In this document: positions 15,991 through 24,425 of the stretch, piece by piece
How the letters are laid out: the number at the start of each line of letters is the position of its first letter
How positions within the stretch are numbered: the first letter of the stretch is position 1
NCBI RefSeq assembly: GCF_030253515.1
Contig: NZ_CP124549.1
Span: 570,001-602,000, forward strand
Direction of reading: 5' to 3'
Length of the DNA: 32,000 bases
DNA from: Candidatus Nanosynbacter lyticus
Lineage (GTDB): Bacteria > Patescibacteriota > Saccharimonadia > Saccharimonadales > Saccharimonadaceae
Position numbers and translations under genes: made by a program
Notes under the pieces: model-generated
The model's database searches: none
Seen by the model: only the letters and a program-made list of their open reading frames with translations
Told to the model about the DNA's origin: nothing

Positions 15991-18507
15991 ATGAAAACAG
16001 TTCCACGCTTACTCGACACCTTTATACCACATCATTACGCATTAACCCTCGACCTAACACGCGCCGAAGAAAAAGCGTTTTCTGGCACAGTGATTATTTC
16101 TGGCGAGTCAACTGGCGAGTCAATTTCGCTGCATTCTAAAGAATTAACTATTCATTCAGTTACAATTGACAACCAGCCGGCTGAGTTTTCTCTTGGTGAA
16201 CTTGATGAGCTGCGCCTGTTAAATCCAGAGTTTTCCAGCGGCCAACATGTCGTTCACATTGAGTTTTCCGGCACCATCACCGACGCTATGCACGGGCTGT
16301 ATCCGTGTTATTTCACCCACAATGGCGTGAAAAAGCAACTGTTTGCCACCCAATTTGAATCGCACCACGCCCGCGAAGTTTTCCCGTGCGTTGACGAGCC
16401 AGCCGCCAAAGCCACCTATGATGTAACGCTCGTAACCACTCCAGGGCTAACCGTCCTTGGCAATATGCCCGTCACTGAATCATCTGAAAAGGACGGCGCG
16501 CTGACAACCACCTTTACCACTACGCCGCGTATGAGCAGTTACCTCCTGGCCTTTGTCGTCGGCGAGCTCCACAAGAAAACTGCCCGCACTAAATCTGGCG
16601 TCGAAGTCAATGTTTGGGCCACGCCAGCCCAGGGCGAGGACACGCTAGATTTCGCGCTGGACATCGCCACTCGCTCAATTGATTTTTATAATGAGTATTT
16701 CGGCGTGCCATACCCGCTGCCAAAGTCCGACCATGTGGCGCTGCCAGATTTCTCGTCGGGCGCCATGGAAAACTGGGGACTCATCACCTACCGCGAAAGT
16801 TGCCTGCTGGCTGACCCGAGATTAACGCCGGAATCATCCAAACGCTTTATCGCCACCGTCATCGCCCACGAACTCAGCCACCAATGGTTTGGTAATTTGG
16901 TGACTATGCAGTGGTGGAACGACCTGTGGCTAAACGAAAGCTTCGCCAACATGATGGAGTATGTGGCGGTCGACGCACTACACCCTGAGTGGCGGATGTG
17001 GGAGGATTTTGCGACGAGCGAGGTCACCGCGGCACTGCGGCGCGATAGCCTGGATGGTGTGCAGCCAGTACAGGCCGATGTTAATCACCCGGATGAGATC
17101 AGCACTTTGTTTGACCCAGCAATTGTCTATGCCAAGGGCGGGCGTCTGCTGGTGATGGTACGGCGGCTAATCGGCGAGGAGGCGTTTCGCGCAGGGCTGA
17201 AGTCATATTTTGAAAAATTTGCTTACCAAAACACTGTTGGTAATGATTTATGGCAGGAGCTAGAAACCGCCAGCGAACAGCCGATTGTTGACTTGATGAA
17301 CACTTGGATTTCGCAGCCAGGTTTGCCGATTGTACAGGTCGAGCAAGATAGTTCTGATAGACAACCTACCGCCACCCTGCGCCAGGAACGCTTTTTCATC
17401 GGTGATCATCAGCCGTCCGACGTCCTGTGGCCGATTCCGCTGTTCGCCAATCAGCCGCTTGATGATATTCTGACCGAGCGCGAGAAAACATTTACGATAA
17501 ACAGCGACGTTCGACTGAACTGCGGACTGAACGGACATTTCGTAACGCATTACGACTCAGTAATGCGAGACCGATTGATCGAAAAGGCGGCAGAATTACC
17601 GACATTAGATAAAATTTGCTTACTGCAAGACATGACGCTGCTAACACGGGCTGGACGAGAAAGTTCGGCGGCGCTGCTACCGCTGGCACGCGTTTTTCAG
17701 CACGAGACCAATGAGAAGGTTTTTAGTATGGCGGCCGGTGCGCTGGCGGAATTACGGAAATTTGTTGACGATAACGAAGCAGGACGTGCTCGGCTAAAGC
17801 AGATTTCTGCTGAATTTGCCCACGATACCTTCATGGAACTTGGCTGGGATGAACGGAGCGGCGAGTCTGATGATGATCGCGAGCGGCGCACGGCAGCGCT
17901 GGGTTTGATGTTATATGGTGAGGATTCAGTAGCGCTCACGGAGGTCAAACGACGCTTTGACGAAACCGACCCAGATGATTTACCAGCTGAGATTCGCCCG
18001 CTGATCATCAACGCCAATGTCAGACAGTTTGAGACGCCAGAAATGATTGACAAGCTTTTTACGATATATCAGAATACGCCGTCAGCCGACCTGCAGGTTG
18101 ATATCGCACTAAGCTTGACCTCGACGAAGAATCCAGCAACTACCGAGCAAATTTTAACAGCGATCAAGGATACTACTATCATACGTCCACAAGATGCCAG
18201 CCGCTGGTTTATTTATCTGATCCGTACGCGGGAAAACCGGCAAATTGCTTGGAATTGGCTGAAAGAAAATTGGTCGTGGGTGAAAGATACCTTTGGCGGC
18301 GATAAAAGCTACGATACTTTTATCCGCTACGCCGCCAGCGCTCTGTTGACCCGCGATGAGTTAAACGATTTCACCGAATTTACCACGCCGCTGCGCGCCG
18401 AACCAGCCCTGACCCGCACCATTGATCTGGGCATCCGCGAAATCGCTGGCAGAGTAGCACTGATTGAGCGGGATCAGGCCGCGGTTATTGATGCGCTTAA
18501 TAAGTAA
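15991..18507 (+). CDS. pepN: Aminopeptidase N (M1 family zinc metallopeptidase)
   Basis: 838 aa with the GAMENWG exopeptidase motif and HELSHQWFGNLVTMQWWNDLWLNESFA (HEXXH-X18-E). It has no signal peptide. Confidence 0.95.
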   Translation: MKTVPRLLDTFIPHHYALTLDLTRAEEKAFSGTVIISGESTGESISLHSKELTIHSVTIDNQPAEFSLGELDELRLLNPEFSSGQHVVHIEFSGTITDAMHGLYPCYFTHNGVKKQLFATQFESHHAREVFPCVDEPAAKATYDVTLVTTPGLTVLGNMPVTESSEKDGALTTTFTTTPRMSSYLLAFVVGELHKKTARTKSGVEVNVWATPAQGEDTLDFALDIATRSIDFYNEYFGVPYPLPKSDHVALPDFSSGAMENWGLITYRESCLLADPRLTPESSKRFIATVIAHELSHQWFGNLVTMQWWNDLWLNESFANMMEYVAVDALHPEWRMWEDFATSEVTAALRRDSLDGVQPVQADVNHPDEISTLFDPAIVYAKGGRLLVMVRRLIGEEAFRAGLKSYFEKFAYQNTVGNDLWQELETASEQPIVDLMNTWISQPGLPIVQVEQDSSDRQPTATLRQERFFIGDHQPSDVLWPIPLFANQPLDDILTEREKTFTINSDVRLNCGLNGHFVTHYDSVMRDRLIEKAAELPTLDKICLLQDMTLLTRAGRESSAALLPLARVFQHETNEKVFSMAAGALAELRKFVDDNEAGRARLKQISAEFAHDTFMELGWDERSGESDDDRERRTAALGLMLYGEDSVALTEVKRRFDETDPDDLPAEIRPLIINANVRQFETPEMIDKLFTIYQNTPSADLQVDIALSLTSTKNPATTEQILTAIKDTTIIRPQDASRWFIYLIRTRENRQIAWNWLKENWSWVKDTFGGDKSYDTFIRYAASALLTRDELNDFTEFTTPLRAEPALTRTIDLGIREIAGRVALIERDQAAVIDALNK

Positions 18508-18529
18508 TGTGAGTTATACGCTTTTACTA

Positions 18530-18558
18530 TTGACTTATGTAATATCAAGTGGTATAAT
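18530..18558 (+). promoter_or_regulatory. Sigma70-type promoter TTGACT, 17 nt, TGgTATAAT, followed by a leader of about 70 nt
   Basis: TTGACT lies at 18530-18535 and TATAAT at 18553-18558, with TG at 18550-18551. An AAGGAGA SD lies 5 nt before the ATG at 18638. Confidence 0.55.
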
Positions 18559-18637
18559 CACGGATAAACATTTAGTCACACTGAGTGGAGTTGGCACGTG
18601 TTTGAGGTAATAAATTAACTCAATTTAAGGAGATTCT

Positions 18638-19153
18638 ATGGGAAATCACAACACTATTGGTAGCCAGGGAGACCGGAGAGATACACTACACCAAATAGCT
18701 GACACCGCGCGTAGGCTGGGGCAAAAGGCCGTGGCTTGGGCTTTAATGGCTGGCACAGCCGCATTTGGAGTCGTAGGCTGCTCAGGGGAGAAAACTACCG
18801 AACACAAGACTGTCTCCGTGGCTTGCGGCCACGATTCGTTAGCAGTACCGCAGATTGAGAGTGCTGAAACTTACGAATATAATATAACTAGAGAGCCAAG
18901 GCTCGGAGTAGTTACTGTTGGTTGCCCCGGCGGCGGCAATGTCATAGTTACTGGTATAAATGAACCAAGCAGTAATCCTACGCCAAGGGGTGAGCTATTT
19001 CCACATACTCTTGAGATAACCGCCCTTTGCTCACGAGGCGACACAGGCTTCAAAACACGCGTTATCGACACGCCAGCCGGTAACAATATATTTGAAGCCA
19101 CCATAGAAGACTGTTCTATCGAAAGTGCAGTAATCAACCGAGACCCTAACTAA
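18638..19153 (+). CDS. Putative lipoprotein (unknown function)
   Basis: 171 aa. It has a long n-region containing TARRLGQKAV, then the hydrophobic AWALMAGTAAFGVVGC with a lipobox-like VVGC followed by S. It has a strong SD and its own promoter. The gene looks more AT-rich by eye than its neighbours. Confidence 0.6.
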   Translation: MGNHNTIGSQGDRRDTLHQIADTARRLGQKAVAWALMAGTAAFGVVGCSGEKTTEHKTVSVACGHDSLAVPQIESAETYEYNITREPRLGVVTVGCPGGGNVIVTGINEPSSNPTPRGELFPHTLEITALCSRGDTGFKTRVIDTPAGNNIFEATIEDCSIESAVINRDPN

Positions 19154-19176
19154 CGACACATCGCCAAATTTATACC

Positions 19177-20304
19177 CTACACCACTAGGCATTCGGTGTT
19201 GTAATCCCTGTCAACAGCTATAGCTAACATCCGCATATCACGCCCCTCGTGTTGCGGATGTTTTATCATAAATAGCTCAGCTGCAAAGCGCATTTGTCGC
19301 TGTTTTTTGTTGGTAATCGCCGCCAAGCCATCACCATATCTGGAATTCTTGCGATATTTGACTTCGGTGAAATACAGCACATCGTCTTTTATGCTGACGA
19401 TGTCGATCTCGCAGTACCGCGTCCGCCAGTTACGGGCAATAATCTCATGTCCGTCCGCCGCCAGCCAATCCGCAGCGGTTTGCTCGCCCTTATCTCCAAT
19501 TTGGCGAGTTGTTGCTAATTTTTCTGCCTCTGGAGTAGCATTTAGTGCGTCGACTTGGGTAACATCCTCAGTACCTACAAAATCGACTGGAGTGATATCC
19601 TCGGAAAAAATTTGGGCAACTTTACGTGGGTCCCGAATTATTTTCTGAGGATATCCGACAGGCGACTCATTCGGTAGAGCACTTGACTTTTTCTGGTGCA
19701 GATTCTGTGACTTCATGCTACCCACATACTTTTGTAGCGGCGCAAAGCTCAACCGATGCAGCGGTGTCACACCCAGCCGCTCAATCGCCACGCGGTGCTT
19801 GGCCACGCCATAGCCAGCATTTGACGCAAAGCCGTACCCCGGATAGACCACGTCTTGCTCAGCCATAAACTGGTCACGCGCTACTTTGGCGATAATCGAC
19901 GCCGCCGACACGCCGGGGATCAAACCATCGGCCTTGGCTATCACCGTCACGTATCGCTCCAGTGCCGTATCCGCCAAAAAATTAACCGTCCCGTCAATGA
20001 TAATTTCATCAAACGCCACATTATTCGCTTTACACTGCGACTGAATTTGCTTCACCGCCCGCCGCGTCGCCAGCCGTAATGCCTGGCTCATGCCAACGTC
20101 GTCCAATTCACTGGCACTCACCCAGCCTAGCGCCCAGGCAGCCGCCTGCTCACGAATTACCTCGTCCAGCGTCTCGCGGCGTTTTTTAGTCAACTTTTTA
20201 CTATCATCCAAACCCTCAATCTCGGCACTGCCCAAAATCACCGCACCGACCACCAGCGGCCCCGCCCATGGCCCGCGTCCAACTTCATCAATGCCGAGAA
20301 TCAT
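19177..20304 (-). CDS. rnhB: Ribonuclease HII fused to a YraN/UPF0102-family endonuclease-like domain
   Basis: 375 aa. Residues 1 to ~195 are RNase HII (ILGIDEVGRGPWAGPLVVGAV, DDSKKLT, IIDG, ASIIAK). A linker of about 70 aa follows. The C-terminal ~110 aa read GDKGEQTAADWLAADGHEIIARNWRTRYCEIDIVSIKDDVLYFTEVKYRKNSRYGDGLAAITNKKQRQMRFAAELFM, which aligns with the YraN family (compare E. coli GDAWE...GEIDLIM...FVEVRYRR). The start overlaps the upstream gene by 17 nt. Confidence 0.85.
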   Translation of the reverse strand: MILGIDEVGRGPWAGPLVVGAVILGSAEIEGLDDSKKLTKKRRETLDEVIREQAAAWALGWVSASELDDVGMSQALRLATRRAVKQIQSQCKANNVAFDEIIIDGTVNFLADTALERYVTVIAKADGLIPGVSAASIIAKVARDQFMAEQDVVYPGYGFASNAGYGVAKHRVAIERLGVTPLHRLSFAPLQKYVGSMKSQNLHQKKSSALPNESPVGYPQKIIRDPRKVAQIFSEDITPVDFVGTEDVTQVDALNATPEAEKLATTRQIGDKGEQTAADWLAADGHEIIARNWRTRYCEIDIVSIKDDVLYFTEVKYRKNSRYGDGLAAITNKKQRQMRFAAELFMIKHPQHEGRDMRMLAIAVDRDYNTECLVV

Positions 20305-20785
20305 GCGCGTGCTGGCCCTTTTTTGCCGCTAATCTTACGACCACCCAACCAAGCCACACCGCCGCCGTGCCCAATGTGTTCGCCAAGATATCCCAATTGG
20401 TATCGTCCAGCGTGATACGCGCCAGCCCTACCTTAACCATCAATAATTCCGCCAGTTCATTGATACAGCCCAGCGCCGACACCAACGCAAACACCGAGAA
20501 CGCCATCACCAACCAGTGCGCCCGCCAGCGTGTCGCCAGCACCAAATATACCCACACTAGTCCCGTAAACAACCCGCCGCCCACGAAATGCGTCGTAAAA
20601 CTGGTGTCTCGCCCCTCAATGAGCGGCGACGGCAAATACCACGAGATGAAGAACAACACACAGGCAAGGTATAACAACCAGCGATACTTCTTTTCGTCGA
20701 TGAAGCCATGGCGGCGCAACACGTACGGCACCGCAAATGCCAAAGTCACCGGAACAAACACAGAGATATAGTGAAAGATCGACAT
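20288..20785 (-). CDS. Polytopic membrane protein (weak VanZ-like C-terminal motif; function unknown)
   Basis: 165 aa with 4-5 hydrophobic helices. The C-terminal CINELAELL...DDTNWDILANTLG is reminiscent of the VanZ-family E...D..(A/L)NTLG pattern, but the family call is tentative. Confidence 0.55.
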   Translation of the reverse strand: MSIFHYISVFVPVTLAFAVPYVLRRHGFIDEKKYRWLLYLACVLFFISWYLPSPLIEGRDTSFTTHFVGGGLFTGLVWVYLVLATRWRAHWLVMAFSVFALVSALGCINELAELLMVKVGLARITLDDTNWDILANTLGTAAVWLGWVVVRLAAKKGQHAHDSRH

Positions 20786-20791
20786 ATTGGC

Positions 20792-20800
20792 ATTATACCA
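20792..20800 (-). promoter_or_regulatory. Extended -10 promoter (TGgTATAAT) 6 nt upstream of the ATG at 20785 (predicted leaderless)
   Basis: The minus strand reads caTGgTATAATgccaatATG. It lies immediately downstream of the rplS terminator. Confidence 0.45.
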
Positions 20801-20801
20801 T

Positions 20802-20830
20802 GAGAAAACCGCCCCCCCCAGAGAGAGCGG
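20802..20830 (-). terminator. Rho-independent terminator after rplS
   Basis: The minus-strand RNA reads CCGCUCUC-ucuggg-GGGGGCGG followed by UUUUCUC. The stem is 8 bp including two G-U pairs. Confidence 0.5.
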
Positions 20831-20850
20831 CCTATGTGTCTCAAAACTAA

Positions 20851-21372
20851 TTACGCTTCTTTGTGGCGAGCTGCGACCTCGGCAGCCTTGGCGTCAAGTT
20901 CTGCCTGAGCAGCGTCTTTTTCGGCTTGCTTGGCAGCGGCAGCCTGTGCGGCCTCCTCTTTCAAGCGTTCAGCTTCTGCTTCAGCCTTGGCGTCGTGCAC
21001 GTTGTTGACAGCTACGCGGTCAAAGTTTTTGGCAGTCAAGCGAGCTGATTTACCAGAACGCTTACGTAGGAAGCTGAGGAACTTGCGGCGAACCTTAGCG
21101 CGGCGGACAATTTCCACTTTCTCGATCAGCGGGCTGTGCAGCAAGAATGATTTTTCCACGCCAACGCCTGAGGCAATTTTACGAACGGTGATGCGTGAGG
21201 TGTGTGACTGTTTGTTGTCGGTGCGAATAACCACACCTTCAAACATCTGGATACGCTCTTTGTTGCCTTCCTTAATTTTCTGGTACACACGCACGGTGTC
21301 ACCACTGCGGACATCAACAACTGCTTGCTTTTTCTGTGCTTGATTGACTTTGTTGATTAGTTCAAAACTCAT
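20851..21372 (-). CDS. rplS: 50S ribosomal protein L19 with an Ala/Glu/Lys-rich C-terminal extension of about 55 aa
   Basis: 173 aa. The core (SGDTVRVYQKIKEGNKERIQMFEGVVI...ITVRKIASGVGVEKSFLLHSPLIEKVEIVRR) is canonical L19 (~115 aa). The extension reads AVNNVHDAKAEAEAERLKEEAAQAAAAKQAEKDAAQAELDAKAAEVAARHKEA. An SD (AGAGGAAA) lies upstream. Confidence 0.92.
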   Translation of the reverse strand: MSFELINKVNQAQKKQAVVDVRSGDTVRVYQKIKEGNKERIQMFEGVVIRTDNKQSHTSRITVRKIASGVGVEKSFLLHSPLIEKVEIVRRAKVRRKFLSFLRKRSGKSARLTAKNFDRVAVNNVHDAKAEAEAERLKEEAAQAAAAKQAEKDAAQAELDAKAAEVAARHKEA

Positions 21373-21480
21373 ACTGTTTTCCTCTGTTTCGGGATCTTAA
21401 CAGCTGGCCATATAGTTGTATCCCTATAGCTCCACACTGAAAGACTCGATATTTAATGTCACCGATACAATTAGTTATCA

Positions 21481-21489
21481 ATTCTAGCA
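21481..21489 (-). promoter_or_regulatory. Candidate extended -10 promoter (TGcTAGAAT) for rplS, implying a leader of about 100 nt
   Basis: The minus strand reads ttgTGcTAGAATtgataac, about 108 nt upstream of the rplS ATG. No better -10 lies closer to the gene. Confidence 0.35.
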
Positions 21490-21535
21490 CAATTACCCAA
21501 AGATAGCAACTCCTGAAAACTTCACCAAACTGCGC

Positions 21536-21541
21536 TATAAT
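21536..21541 (+). promoter_or_regulatory. -10 box TATAAT 7 nt upstream of the malic enzyme ATG (predicted leaderless)
   Basis: The plus strand reads gcgcTATAATtgaccgcATG, with a weak -35 (CTGAAA) 17 nt upstream. Confidence 0.45.
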
Positions 21542-21548
21542 TGACCGC

Positions 21549-22682
21549 ATGGATTACAATACACTAGCACTTGAATTACACAAGAAATATAAGGGTAAAA
21601 TTACTACCAGCTTGCGCGACCAGGAGAAACTGGACCGTGACAAATTAAGCGCCTATTACAGCCCGGGCGTGGGTGCGGTCAGTCAGGCAATTGCCGAAAA
21701 CCCAGCGGATTTACCAAAGTACACCTGGACGAATAATCTAGTCGGCGTGATTTCTGACGGCTCAGCGATTTTAGGCTTGGGCGATTTGGGACCGAAAGCC
21801 GCCATGCCGGTGATGGAAGGCAAGGCGCTGCTGTTCAAGCATTTCGCTAATGTCGACGCTGTGCCGGTTGTACTGGACGTTCACCAACCAGAAGAAATTA
21901 TTGCCACGATCAAGGCAATCGCACCGAGCTTTGGGGCGATTAACCTAGAAGACATCGCCGCACCAAAATGTTTTGAGATTGAAGAGCGCCTGAAAGCTGA
22001 ACTGGACATCCCCGTGTTTCATGACGACCAACATGGTACAGCGATAGTGGTATTGGCGGGGCTGATCAATGCCGCGAAATTGACGAGACGAAATTTGGCA
22101 GACTGTAAATTTGTAGTCATTGGCGCGGGCGCAGCCGGTACGGCCATCATCAAATTATTGCACTTATACGGCGCGAGGAACATCATGGCAGTAGATAGCC
22201 GCGGCATTGTTGGTGCGTCTCGCACTGATTTGAATGCGGAAAAAACTGCACTGTTAGAATACGTCGACGCTTCACAAACCGGCTCAATTGACGACGCCAT
22301 CACCGATGCTGACGTGTTTATTGGTGTGTCGCGCGCTGGGCTACTCACACCTGAATTGGTACAGAAAATGGCCGAGGATCCAATCATCTTTGCCCTGGCA
22401 AACCCGGTACCAGAAATCATGCCAGACGTCGCCCGAGAGGCGGGCGTAGCAGTCATCGCTACTGGCCGCAGCGATTTTCCAAACCAAATTAATAATTCCT
22501 TGGCCTTCCCAGGCATCTTCCGCGGGGCGCTCGATCACGGCGTGCAAAAAATTACCGACCAACACAAACTGGCTGCTGCTGAAGCCTTGGCTGGGCTGGT
22601 TGAAAACCCAACGGCCGATGAAGTCATTCCTTCGCCGTTTGACGAGCGAGTGCCGTCAACCGTCGCTCGTGTTATCACATAA
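21549..22682 (+). CDS. NAD(P)-dependent malic enzyme (short form, no PTA-like domain)
   Basis: 377 aa with YSPGVG, VISDGSAILGLGDLGPKAAMPVMEGKALLFK, and the NAD(P) fold VVIGAGAAGTAI. Confidence 0.9.
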   Translation: MDYNTLALELHKKYKGKITTSLRDQEKLDRDKLSAYYSPGVGAVSQAIAENPADLPKYTWTNNLVGVISDGSAILGLGDLGPKAAMPVMEGKALLFKHFANVDAVPVVLDVHQPEEIIATIKAIAPSFGAINLEDIAAPKCFEIEERLKAELDIPVFHDDQHGTAIVVLAGLINAAKLTRRNLADCKFVVIGAGAAGTAIIKLLHLYGARNIMAVDSRGIVGASRTDLNAEKTALLEYVDASQTGSIDDAITDADVFIGVSRAGLLTPELVQKMAEDPIIFALANPVPEIMPDVAREAGVAVIATGRSDFPNQINNSLAFPGIFRGALDHGVQKITDQHKLAAAEALAGLVENPTADEVIPSPFDERVPSTVARVIT

Positions 22683-22756
22683 CCCTATTCGCATATGCTA
22701 ACAATCATAATGGAAACCGTCGGAGTGATGGCCTTAGCGTGGCTTTTTGATGTCCA

Positions 22757-24379
22757 CTAGATAACTCGATTAACTTCCTCAAGTGTCGTCTCGCCGCGCA
22801 AAGCCGCCAGCACGCCCGCCTGCAATAATGTCACCATACCATGTTTCTTGGCTGCAGCCTCAATTGCTTCAGTGTGAACGTCGGCGATATCACCTCGCAG
22901 GAATTTCTGAATTTCTTCGGTTACTACCAGCTGCTCCATCACCGGGATACGCCCCTTATAGCCAAACGGCACCTCGTCGGTCGCCACGGGTCGCCACAGC
23001 TTGAACGTATCAAGATCAGGACAATCAACATGTGGTGGCAGATCCTGCATAACCTCTTTTACCCAATTGCGCGTCGCCTCATCTGGCTCATATTCTTCCT
23101 TGCTCTCATCATGCAGGCGCCGCACCAGCCGCTGAGCGATCAATAGGCGCACCGCTGAACTAAAGATTGGATTCTGCCCGATCATATCAATAATTCGACT
23201 AAATGCCGCTGACGTCGAGTTAGCATGAAAGCTTGACAGCACCAGATGTCCGGTAATCGACGCCTGAATTGCCGTCTTGGCAGTTTCCTGATCACGAATC
23301 TCGCCAACCATCACCACGTCCGGGTCGAGGCGCAGCACACTGCGCAGCCCATCATCAAACCGCTGGCCAGCCGTCGTATCAATCGGGATCTGCGTAATGC
23401 CGGGAATGGTATTTTCTACTGGGTCTTCCAGTGTAATCACTTTACGATCCGGTGTATTGAGCGCATTGAGAATGCTGTACAAAGTCGTTGACTTACCCGA
23501 GCCAGTTGGCCCAACTAACAGCACCAGACCACGCGGATGGGAAATGATCTCATCAATTTGCGCCCGCTCAGCCGCACCGATACTGAGCAAGTCTAGGTTC
23601 AACATCGAGGTGTCAAAATTAAATAAGCGCAGCACTACGTCTTGACCATACATGGTTGGCACTGCTTCGACACGGAGGTTAAGGAGGTGTGATATACCGT
23701 CACGATGGATTTCTTGCTGCATGTGCCCCGACTGCGGCTCATTGGACGCCGTCGAAATATTTGCTCGCGAAGCCAGCGCCGCCATGATAACTCGATACCG
23801 ATCACGGCCCAGCTCCGCCACCGAGTGCAGTGCACCATCAACGCGCATCCGCACCCGAATGGTGTCGCGCTGATTCTCAATATGAATATCCGACGCATTC
23901 AGCCGATCCGCCTGATCGATCAAATAGTTAAACACGTCGTTTGTACCGACGGTCGCCAATGTCTGGCTGACCTGCTGGAGTGTGTCACTATCGCCCTCTT
24001 TGGCGATTTCGATATTATCATAAATCACTTTTTTCGGCGGATCAAATCGCAGCATTAACGACCGAAAGCCCGAGGCCGATATCAGGAAGAACTTAGCAAT
24101 AATACCCTGCTCGCGGTAGTTATTAGTCATCGTCGCTACTAATGATTGTGGTGTCTGTGACGTAATGCCAAATCGATATGACTGCTCGTCAGGGTTTATC
24201 GCCAGTGGCACAACGTGTCCGTTATACATCTCTTCAATCGTCAAAATATCACGAATCAGCGGAATTGTTTGCTCAAACTCGCGAGCATCCAGATATTGTA
24301 GGCCTAAAATCGCCGCTCGTTTCCGGGTTGCGTCTTCATCTTGATCGCGACGTTGTTGTTGAATTCGATCTTCATCCAT
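22757..24379 (-). CDS. pilB: Type IV pilus / type II secretion family assembly ATPase (PilB/GspE family)
   Basis: About 540 aa. It has an N-terminal T2SSE_N-like region, Walker A GPTGSGKST, Walker B DPDVVMVGEIRD and a His box SSFHANS. The first ATG is at 24379 (the track counts a TTG at 24382). The usual CxxC...CxxC zinc motif flanking GYKGR is absent (RRLHDESKEE ... VATDEVPFGYKGR). Confidence 0.85.
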   Translation of the reverse strand: MDEDRIQQQRRDQDEDATRKRAAILGLQYLDAREFEQTIPLIRDILTIEEMYNGHVVPLAINPDEQSYRFGITSQTPQSLVATMTNNYREQGIIAKFFLISASGFRSLMLRFDPPKKVIYDNIEIAKEGDSDTLQQVSQTLATVGTNDVFNYLIDQADRLNASDIHIENQRDTIRVRMRVDGALHSVAELGRDRYRVIMAALASRANISTASNEPQSGHMQQEIHRDGISHLLNLRVEAVPTMYGQDVVLRLFNFDTSMLNLDLLSIGAAERAQIDEIISHPRGLVLLVGPTGSGKSTTLYSILNALNTPDRKVITLEDPVENTIPGITQIPIDTTAGQRFDDGLRSVLRLDPDVVMVGEIRDQETAKTAIQASITGHLVLSSFHANSTSAAFSRIIDMIGQNPIFSSAVRLLIAQRLVRRLHDESKEEYEPDEATRNWVKEVMQDLPPHVDCPDLDTFKLWRPVATDEVPFGYKGRIPVMEQLVVTEEIQKFLRGDIADVHTEAIEAAAKKHGMVTLLQAGVLAALRGETTLEEVNRVI

Positions 24380-24386
24380 CAATTTT

Positions 24387-24395
24387 ATTATAGCA
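24387..24395 (-). promoter_or_regulatory. Extended -10 promoter (TGcTATAAT) 7 nt upstream of the pilB ATG (predicted leaderless)
   Basis: The minus strand reads tttTGcTATAATaaaattgATG. Confidence 0.5.
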
Positions 24396-24416
24396 AAAAG
24401 CTTATCCTTGGGCGAG

Positions 24417-24425
24417 TGCTATAAT
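24417..24425 (+). promoter_or_regulatory. Extended -10 promoter (TGcTATAAT) 6 nt upstream of the methyltransferase ATG at 24432 (predicted leaderless)
   Basis: The plus strand reads gagTGcTATAATgatatcATG. Confidence 0.5.

Noticed and set aside
22683-22756. A possible bidirectional terminator in the convergent malic enzyme / pilB gap.
   Set aside because: Only 3-4 bp stems can be drawn (GCC...GGC and GTGG...CCAC), which is too weak to call.
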